Source: Octopus vulgaris (taxonomy: Eukaryota). From it: a stretch of 64,000 bases of DNA. Below the pieces are notes generated by a model. That model had not been told where the DNA came from. It was given only the letters and a program-made list of their open reading frames with translations, and did no database searches. The stretch is taken from the NCBI GenBank assembly GCA_951406725.2, contig OX597815.1, positions 207,948,001 through 208,012,000 on the forward strand, in the 5' to 3' direction. A program made the translations under genes and the position numbers. Below are positions 54,687 to 64,000 of this stretch, in pieces; position 1 is the stretch's first letter, and every line of letters begins with the position of its first letter.

Positions 54687-55316
<630 letters not shown>

Positions 55317-55767
55317 ATGAGTTTGTGTTTTTGTATGTGTATCTTTGTCATTGTCCCTCACAACCACTTGATCACCAGTATCAGTTTGTTTACAATTTGG
55401 CAAAAGAGACCCATAGAATAAATACCAAACTTTAAAATAATCACTGGACAGCCCGGGGCTATAGCAGAAGACACTTGCCCAAGATGCCACGCAGTGGGAC
55501 TGAACCCAGAACCATATGGTTGGTTAGCAAGCTACTTACCACACAGCCACTCCTGCGCCTATAAAAACAATTTAAGTAGAAGGATCGATTTGTTCAATCA
55601 AACCATTTGCGATAGTGCTCCAACATGGCCACAGTCCAATGACCAAGACAAGTAAAAGATCAAAAAGAAAAAGAATGAGCTTTATAAAAAAATTTAGATT
55701 GAAACTTTTGAAGTGTTTTGTTCAAGATGCTGAGTAACAGGTTGTTTTGGAATATATGCTACCAATA

Positions 55768-55929
55768 GGCGCAGGAGTGGCTGTGTGGTAAGTAGCTTGC
55801 TAACCAACCACATGGCTCTGGGTTCAGTCCCACTGCGTGGTATCTTGGGCAAGTGTCTTCTGCTATAGCCCCGGGCCGACCAATGCCTTGTGAGTGGATT
55901 TGGTAGACAGAAACTGAAAGAAGCCTGTC

Positions 55930-55987
<58 letters not shown>

Positions 55988-56211
55988 TTAGTGTCTGTGT
56001 TTGTCCCCCTAGCATTTGCTTGACAACCGATGCTGGTGTGTTTATGTCCCCGTCACTTAGCGGTTCGGCAAAAAGAGACCGATAGAATAAGTACTGGGCT
56101 TACAAAAAGAATATGTCCCGGGGTCGATTTGCTCGACTAAATGCGGTGCTCCAGCATGGCCGCAGTCAAATGACTGAAACAAGTAAAAGAGTAAAAAGAG
56201 AGAGAGAGAGT
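55768..56211 (+). mobile_element. SINE family A (young)
   Basis: Full-length copy. Confidence 0.9.
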
Positions 56212-56617
56212 AATTCTAAATGTGAAAGCAAATGAATAGTGAAAAATCTGTTGGATACTTAATCCACATCTATTTCATGGATATCTCAGTCTAATTACCA
56301 CTCTACCATAAACCCTCTGGCAGTTCTACATTCACACACACACACACACACACATATCAATTTCACAGAATTGGGAACAACTGAAAAAAAAAAAAACAAT
56401 TACTCCAACACAATATTTGTATCAGGCTTGCTTGCAAGGAAATGTTATGTAAAACATCATCCTCTTCAATTCTCTCTCTTCTCCCCCCCTCCCTCTCACT
56501 TTATGTATGTCATTCTTACAACTGTATCGCAAAAGCATGAATTGAAATACCACCGAAGCGTAATGCTCAAACCATGCTATGAGGTGGTATCATAAGGTTA
56601 CTGGACTAGTTATGTTT

Positions 56618-57001
56618 GGAAGCACTCCGTTGGTTACGACAACGAGGGTTCCGGTTGATCCGAATCAACGGAACAGCCTGCTCGTGAAATTAACGTGTAA
56701 GTGGCTGAGCACTCCACAGACACGTGCACCCTTAACGTAGTTCTCGGGGATATTCAGCGTGACACAGAGAGTGACAAGGCCAACCCCTTGAAATACAGGT
56801 ACAACAGAAACAGGAAGTAAGAGTGAGAGAAAGTTGTGGTGAAAGAGTACAGCAGGGATCACCACCATCCCCTGCCAGAGCCTTGTGGAGCTTTTAAGTG
56901 TTTTCGCCCAATAAACACTCACAACGCCCGGTCTGGGAATCGAAACCGCGATCCTATGACCGCGAGTCCGCTGCCCTAACCACTGGGCCATTGCGCCTCC
57001 A
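56618..57001 (-). mobile_element. SINE family D (tRNA-like head GGAGGCGCAATGGCCCAGTGGTTAGGGCAGCGGACT), tail type 1
   Basis: 10-bp TSD agttatgttt. A/B boxes intact. Possibly one of the described octopus tRNA-Arg-derived SINEs (not verified). Confidence 0.85.
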
Positions 57002-58001
57002 AGTTATGTTTAACCAATAACTAACCGTAAAGATTAATATAATTTACACACTTTTTTTCTGCAAAAACAGAAATAAACTTTAGGGAGTGTGTAAATTATA
57101 TGAATGGATCATTTCCAGAATTTTTTCAGAAATTTTTTTGTTGTAAAATGACGAACAAATGTAAACATTCGTACCGGAAGTTGACTCATTTCATGTCAGA
57201 ATAGGTTTTTACAGAAAAAAATATAATGAAGTTGACTTTTATTTATGCAGGACGGTATAATGTTTACTTTATCTGTATAAATTTGCTAAGCCCATTTAAT
57301 GGTTAACTAGTTTTTGAAGTTTGATGTTCATGTTGGTAATCAGGGTCTGGGCCATATTTTACTGCATCTAACACCAAAAGACAACACCATAATTCATCCT
57401 TGCACATGTAAATTCACTAAGTGAATATGACTTAGCGTTCCTACAGAAACCTTCATTTACCTTATACAAAAGTTACCCTCTGAGGCACAAGTCTGGGCAA
57501 GGTGGGTTGTAAGGAAGACCATCAGTCACCCATGCATACCAGCTTCCCTCTCCATACTGCTGACGTTTTCCAAGGGAAAGCAAAGGCTGAGACAGCTTGG
57601 CACCAGTGACATCGCAACTCATTTTTACAGCTGTTTGAACTGGAGCAATGTGATATAAAGTGTCTTGCTCAAGAACACAACACACAGCCCAGTCCAGGAA
57701 TTGAACTCACTATCTAATAGTCATGAGTTGAATGCTCTGACCACTGAGCTATGCACCTTCACAAATGCATAGAACTATCTACTGATTGTATAATAGAAAT
57801 GAATTGTCTTGGCATCCCAGAGGCACTTATAAATCTCAGACAGATCCAGTATGGCTTTGTGTGTTACAAGGCTGGCATTTGGAGTTACAAGCACACTCTC
57901 TTAGGCAGACTTCCACTTGCAGGAGAGGTGTGGCTGTGTGGAAAGAAGCTTGCTTCCCATCTACAGGCACAATGAACAGGTGTCTTCTACTATAGCCTCA
58001 G

Positions 58002-58303
58002 TGGAGGCACATGGCCTAGTGGTTAGAGCAGCGGACTCGTGGTCGAGGGATTGTTGGTTCAAATCTCAGACCGGGTGATGCGTGTGTTTATGAGCGAAAC
58101 ACCTAAGCTCCACGCGGCTCCGGCAGAATGTGATGGCGAACTTCTGCTGACTCTTTCGCCACAACTTTCTCTCACTCTTTCCTCCTGCATCTTGCAGCTC
58201 ACCTGCGATGGACTGGCATCCCATCCAGGTGGGGAACTTATACACCAAGGAAACCAGGAAACCAGCCCTTATGAGCCAGGCATGGCTCAAGAAGGAACAA
58301 ACA
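58002..58303 (+). mobile_element. SINE family D, tail type 2, nested in an old family A copy
   Basis: 13-bp TSD actatagcctcag. Reverse relative at 32592-32895. Confidence 0.85.
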
Positions 58304-58933
58304 ACTATAGCCTCAGGATGACCAAAGTCTTGTCAGTAGGTTTGTTAGACGGAAACTGAAAGTAGCCCATCATGTGTATGTGCACGAATGTGTGTGTGTG
58401 TGTGTATGTTTGTTCTTGTATGTGTGTGTTTGTGTTTGCATTTGCGTATGTGCGGCTTTATGTTTGTGGATGTCCCTACATCTGCCTGATAACTGGTGTT
58501 GGTAAGTTTATGTCCCTGTAGCTTAGTGGTTCGTAAAAGCTTGAAAGTAAGTGCCTGGATCAATTTGCATAAGTAAACCATTCAAGGCGATGTCCTAGCA
58601 TTGGCTACAATTCATAAACTGAAACAGGTAACAGATAAATGATAAAGTATGTATTTCCTTGTCAGCCCAATTTGACTCTCAATGCTTGGATCAAACTCAG
58701 TTTCACGAGAGAAGATACTGGCTCTAAGACTTCATAGTTGTGATGTGAACTTCTTACTCTTTCATCACATGTGTACACACACAAGCATGTACGTACATAC
58801 ATACACGCATACATACATACATACATTCATACATACACACACACACACACACATACATACATACATACATACATACATACATACATACATACATACATAC
58901 ATACATACATACACATACATACATACAAACATA

Positions 58934-59298
58934 CATGACACAAATAAAGTTAGAAAAATACAAAAGAAAGAGGACATCTATGAACCCTTGATAAGGAGTT
59001 TGCTAGTCCAGGACCCAAGATATTCTTTCAGCTTCATACCTATTATTATTGGAGCAACAGGATACATACAAACTCATCCAGAGTAAAATATGGCTGAATT
59101 AGGGATCTTGGGGAGAGAATGCAAATCCTTAATTCATATGCTACAAATGGTCACAGTATCTGGGACTATAAAACTCTGCAAGACCTTTATAAGATTTTAA
59201 GGAGTAATGGTTAAAACAAGACACCTTCCTTCACAACCTTGCTACCAAGTAGGTGGTCACTCAAAATTTACTCTAAATTAAAAAGAGAAAGAGAAGAA
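58934..59298 (+). mobile_element. 5'-truncated Dong/R4-like (restriction-like endonuclease) LINE in a (CATA)n tract
   Basis: HDTNKVRKIQKKEDIYEPLIRSL..RYSFSFIPIIIGATGYI..*..LG..LIHMLQMVTVSGTIKLCKTF. (CATA)n-type repeats on both sides. Confidence 0.7.
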
Positions 59299-59356
59299 CA
59301 TACATACATACATATGTATATACATACGTATATATGTATATACATACGTATATACA

Positions 59357-59775
59357 TACTCTTTTACTCTTACTCTTTTACTTGTTTCAGTCATTTGACT
59401 GCGGCCATGCTGGAGCACCGCCTTTAGTCGAGCAAATCGACCCCGGGACTTATTCTTTGTAAGCCCAGTACTTATTCTATCAGTCTCTTTTGCCAAACCG
59501 CTAAGTGACGGGGACGTAAACACACACCAGCATTGGTTGTCAAGCAATGCTAGGGGGACAAACACAGAAACACAAACACACACACACATACATATATATA
59601 TATACATATATACGACAGGCTTCTTTCAGTTTCCGTCTACCAAATCCACTCACAAGGCATTGGTCGGCCTGGAGCTATAGCAGAAGACACTTGCCCAAGA
59701 TGCCACGCAGTGGGATTGAACCCAGAACCATGTGGTTGGTTAGCAAGCTACTTACCACACAGCCACTCCTGCGCC
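59357..59775 (-). mobile_element. SINE family A (young)
   Basis: Full-length reverse copy. Confidence 0.9.
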
Positions 59776-59898
59776 TATACATGCATGCATTTATACTCAA
59801 ACAAACATACATAAGCATGTATACTTGTGCTTAAAGTGAAATTTTACTGGATTGTTAATTTGATGATAGATATCAACACAAAAAATTCTGTGTTTTCA

Positions 59899-60217
59899 TT
59901 ATTTATTTATTTATGCACCCTTTTCAAGCCTAGCCAGGCTCATGGGCCCAGTTTCCCAGTTTCTGTGGCATATGTGTTCCCCCCAGCTGGACAGGACGCC
60001 ACTCCATTGCAGCGTTACCCAAGAAACAGGAAGAAAGAGTGAGAGAAAGTTGGGGCGAAAGAGTACAACAGGGGTCACCAGCACCTCCTGCCAGAGCCTC
60101 ATGGAGCTTTAGGTGTTTTTGCTCAATAAACACACATAATGCCCGGTCTGGGAATCGAAACCGCGATTCTTCGACTGCGAGTCCGCTGCCCTAACCACTG
60201 GGCCATTGCACCTCCAC
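59899..60217 (-). mobile_element. SINE family D variant with (AAAT)n tail
   Basis: TSD tgttttcat. Confidence 0.8.
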
Positions 60218-60343
60218 ATGTTTTCATACTGCTGGCAAATTTGTGTATCATTAACAAAGAACCTCTGAAGTGAGAGTTAGTGACACAACTTTAACGGTAT
60301 CTCACCTGCATTATTTCCTTGTATATATAAAAAAATTTATACA

Positions 60344-60740
60344 GGCGCAGGAGTGGCTGTGTGGTAAGTAGCTTGCTAACCAACCACTGCGTAGCACCTT
60401 GGGCAAGTGTCTTCTGCTATAGCCTCGGGATGACCAAAGCCTTGTGAGTGGATTTGGTAGACGGAAACTGAAAGAAGCCTGTCGTATATATGTATATATC
60501 TATATATATGTATGTGTGTGTATATGTTTGTGTGTCTGTGTTTTTGTCCCCCTAGCATTGCTTGACAGCCGATGCTGGTGTGTTTTCATCCCCGTCACTT
60601 AGCGGTTCGGCAAAAGAGAGACCGATAGAATAAGTACTGGGCTTACAAAAGGATAAGTCCTGGGGTCGATTTGCTCGACTAAAGGCGGTGCTCCAGCATG
60701 GCCGCAGTCAAATGACTGAAAAGAGTAAAAGAGTAAAAGA
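60344..60740 (+). mobile_element. SINE family A with B-box deletion
   Basis: aaccac joined directly to tgcgt, a deletion between two CCAC copies. Confidence 0.85.
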
Positions 60741-61254
60741 TTACTTTCTAAAAGTTCAAATTCTAAATATAGTCGTATCTTCCATGATTTCTCTCTTTCT
60801 TATTTGCATCAAGCATACATACCCACATGCACACACATATACACACACACACACATATAAATATATATATATATTTATGCATGCCTATACACAAATTATG
60901 TGTACGTGCATGCAGACATCTAGAAGCATGTATGTGCATGGAAATGCATCCAAACAAGCAGACATACAGTAATTTTCTTATCTTACGAAATGCTGCCACA
61001 ATGTTGCTTCAAGGGAACATCTGTTAGTTGGCCCTTACATCAGTGCATGTCAGCGGGTGCACTGGAAAACATTTAAGCAACTATCATCATCATCGTCATC
61101 ATCATCATTATTTTGATGTTCGTTTTCCCATGCTCACATAGGTTCAGACTGAGCTTATTGAGGTAGAAACTCTATAACCAGATGCCCTTCTCGTTGCCAA
61201 CCTTCATCTGTCTCCAAGTAAGGCAATATTTCCTCACAGCCAAGCATGCATGCA

Positions 61255-61419
61255 GGTGCAGGAGTGGCTGTGTGGTAAGTAGCTTGCTAACCAACCACAT
61301 GGTTCCGGGTTCAGTCCCACTGCATGGCATCTTGGGCAAGTGTCTTCTGCTATAGCTCCGGGCCGACCAATGCCTTGTGAGTGGATTTGGTAGACGGAAA
61401 CTGAAAGAAGCCCGTCGTA

Positions 61420-61466
<47 letters not shown>

Positions 61467-61707
61467 GTTTGTGTGTCTGTGTCTGTCCCCCTAGCATTGC
61501 TTGACAACCAATGCTGGTGTGTTTACGTCCCCGTCACTTAGCGGTTCGGCAAAAAAGACCGATAGAATAAGTACTGGGCTTACAAAGAATAAGTCCCGGG
61601 GTCGATTTGCTCGACTAAAGGCGGTGCTCCAGCATGGCCGCAGTCAAATGACTGAAACAAGTAAAAGAGTAAAAGAGTAAAGAGTAAAAGAGTAAAGAGT
61701 AAAGAGT
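61255..61707 (+). mobile_element. SINE family A (young, long tail)
   Basis: 9-bp TSD atgcatgca. Confidence 0.9.
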
Positions 61708-61762
61708 ATGCATGCACACACACGCACTCATGCATGCGCTCACACACACACATTCGCATATA

Positions 61763-62611
61763 CAGGGTATGATGGGTAAACTGTCACCAATTTATATTTT
61801 TAATTTTGCACATGCGCACTGTTTGTTTTTGATTTTGTCAACTGCACAGAATAGTAGGGTGAGTTGGGCACCGTCTGTGAGAAAAACAGCGCCATGACGC
61901 AATTCACTATGCCAGAAATTTGGAAACGACATGCTGTACTGCTTGGCATTCAGGCCAGAAGCTCCAATATGAACATTTCAGAGTATTTGGGTGTCAATCT
62001 AAGGACAGTACAATCTGAGGACATGTACTGAGAGTGATAAAAATCAAACATCCAGTCAACATCATGATGTTTGGAGTGATCACTAGTGATGGCAACGTAT
62101 TACCTCCATTCACCTTCTCACACAGCTTCAAACTCAATATTGAGGCCTACATCAAGTGCCTGGAAGAGGTAGTGCTGCCCTGGGTGAAGACATAGGCTGC
62201 TGGAAGACCCTATGTCTCGCAACAGAACTCTGCACCTGCCACACAAGCAGGAGAACCCAGTCATGGCTGTCAGACAATTTCTGTGACCACATCACCCCTA
62301 ACATCTGGCCACTTAACTCCCCAGACTGCAACCCCCTTGATTATTATGTGTGGGGTGCAGTTGAGTGAGAGGAAAGGATTATGGCAGCATTCACCAACTT
62401 AAACAAGGAGACTGTTCAGAAGAGTTGCAGGAGATTCTGAAGTCGTTTGGAGGCTGTGGTTGAAGCCAATGGCAATTTTATTGAATAAATTTACTCTTTA
62501 GTATTTCAAGATATTTCTATGTAATTTTGGCAAAGATGCACGTTAAAATGTGTTGTCCATGTTATATTCATTTCAGCATAATTTAGACAACAATTTATTC
62601 ACTGCACCCTG
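61763..62611 (+). mobile_element. Deleted maT/DD37D Tc1-mariner element
   Basis: TA|CAGGGT...ACCCTG|TA ends. Frameshifted QQ(N)SAP/CHTSRRTQSWLSDNFCDHITPNIWPLNSPDCNPLDYYVWG gives 37 residues between the last two catalytic positions. Confidence 0.85.
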
Positions 62612-62659
<48 letters not shown>

Positions 62660-63251
62660 TATATACATACATACATTAAGAGGACTCTTTCAGTTTCTTA
62701 TTTCTTTATTGCCCACAAGGGGCTAAACATAGAGGGGACAAACAAGAACATTAAGTCGATTACATCGACCCCAGTGCATAACTGGTACTTAATTTATCGA
62801 CCTCGGCAGAATTTGAACTCAGAACGTTAAGACAGATGAAATACCGCTACGCATTTCGCCCGGTGTGCTAACGTTTCTGCCAGCTCGCCGCCTTTTGATG
62901 TAGGCTTTTTCAATATCTGTTAACCAAATCCACTCACAAGGCTTTTATCTGCCAGGGGCTTTAGTAGAATACACTTGCTTAAGGTGTCATACAGGTGGAC
63001 TGAACCAGAAGACCTTATGGCTGAGAAAAGAACTTCTTAACCTCACAGCTACATCTCTACCCAAACCATATATGATAAAATTGCAAATCAGGCATTTCCA
63101 GAAATGGGTGAATCAATATTTTCAACCATAAGTGTTTTTAAGAACCCTACCAACAACTTTTAATTATTTGTGATATCAACCCAGATCTTTAAAACAACTT
63201 TTATATTCAATTTCAACACAGATGAGATATCATCTAAAAATTCTATTTTAA

Positions 63252-63530
63252 CCCTTTGGTTTTTAACCAGCCATGTCTGGTCCAAATATTCTACCTGATC
63301 TATGTTGAAACCAGCCAAATCCAGGCTCTCACACATATACCATAAAGTCTTTCTAAAAATAAACATAGGCGCAGGAGTGGCTGTGTGGTAAGTAGCTTGC
63401 TTACCAACCACAGGGTTCCAGGTTCAGTCCCACTGCGTGGTACCTTGGGCAAGTGTCTTCTACTATAGCCTCGGGCCGACCAAAGCCTTGTGAGTGGATT
63501 TGGTAGACGGAAACTGAAAGGCGCCCATCG

Positions 63531-63569
<39 letters not shown>

Positions 63570-63878
63570 ATGTGTTTGTCCCCCTAGCATTGTTTGACAA
63601 CCGATGCTGGTGTGTTTACATCCCCGTCACTTAGCGGTTCGGCAAAATAGACCGATAGAATAAGTACTGGGCTTACAAAGAATAAGTCCTGGGGTCGATT
63701 TGCTCGACTAAAGGCGGTGCTCCAGCATGGCCGCGGTCAAATGACTGAAACAAGTAAAAGAGTAAAAGAGTAAAAGAGTAATCACATCATTGAAATCTCC
63801 AAGCTGTGAGATAATGCACTGAAAACAGCGTGAAGAAATAAGCATTATATTTGACAAAATAATCTGAATGCTAAAGGG
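63252..63878 (+). mobile_element. piggyBac-like MITE (second family) with nested SINE
   Basis: TTAA|CCCTTT...AAAGGG|TTAA. End fragments of the same family at about 1155-1210 and 17330-17424. Confidence 0.7.
63368..63779 (+). mobile_element. SINE family A nested in a piggyBac-like MITE
   Basis: Full-length copy. Confidence 0.9.
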
Positions 63879-64000
63879 TTAAAGTATAGAACTTTGTATA
63901 CCATTTCCTGTAGGATATTTACAATCTCAAAAACCAATTATGCAAAGTACAAGCTAAACTTTATACATCGCTCTTCTTGTGAAGGAGTATTTTCTGTTTT

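Noticed and set aside
56925-57000. tRNA gene-like sequence (also the heads of other SINEs)
   Set aside because: Continues into SINE body, has a TSD and is multi-copy. It is a SINE head, not a tRNA gene.

Overview
AT-rich, repeat-dense eukaryotic DNA. The SINE families and microsatellite load point to an octopod cephalopod (inference). Almost all ORFs in the supplied track are microsatellite or SINE artefacts. The only well-supported coding sequence is a 148-nt minus-strand exon (24938-25085) of a RasGRF-family Ras/Rac GEF, covering the coiled coil after PH1. I found no neighbouring RasGRF exons, so the window is probably mostly two very large introns. Inside the downstream intron is a candidate antisense nested gene (initiator, non-coding exon, then an exon encoding a signal-peptide-like N-terminus, 6581-7276). 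The rest is four tRNA/LINE-tail SINE families, non-autonomous Helitrons, mariner, maT (DD37D), Chapaev3-like, hAT and piggyBac-like remnants, and LINE fragments (Jockey/CR1-like, RTE, Tx1, Dong/R4). There is also a diverse set of short elements, mostly in (TA)n tracts, carrying minimal hammerhead-ribozyme motifs of the Penelope pLTR type. They occur as monomers, a tandem dimer and long palindromes, and include apparent G3-C8 and U3-A8 compensatory core variants.
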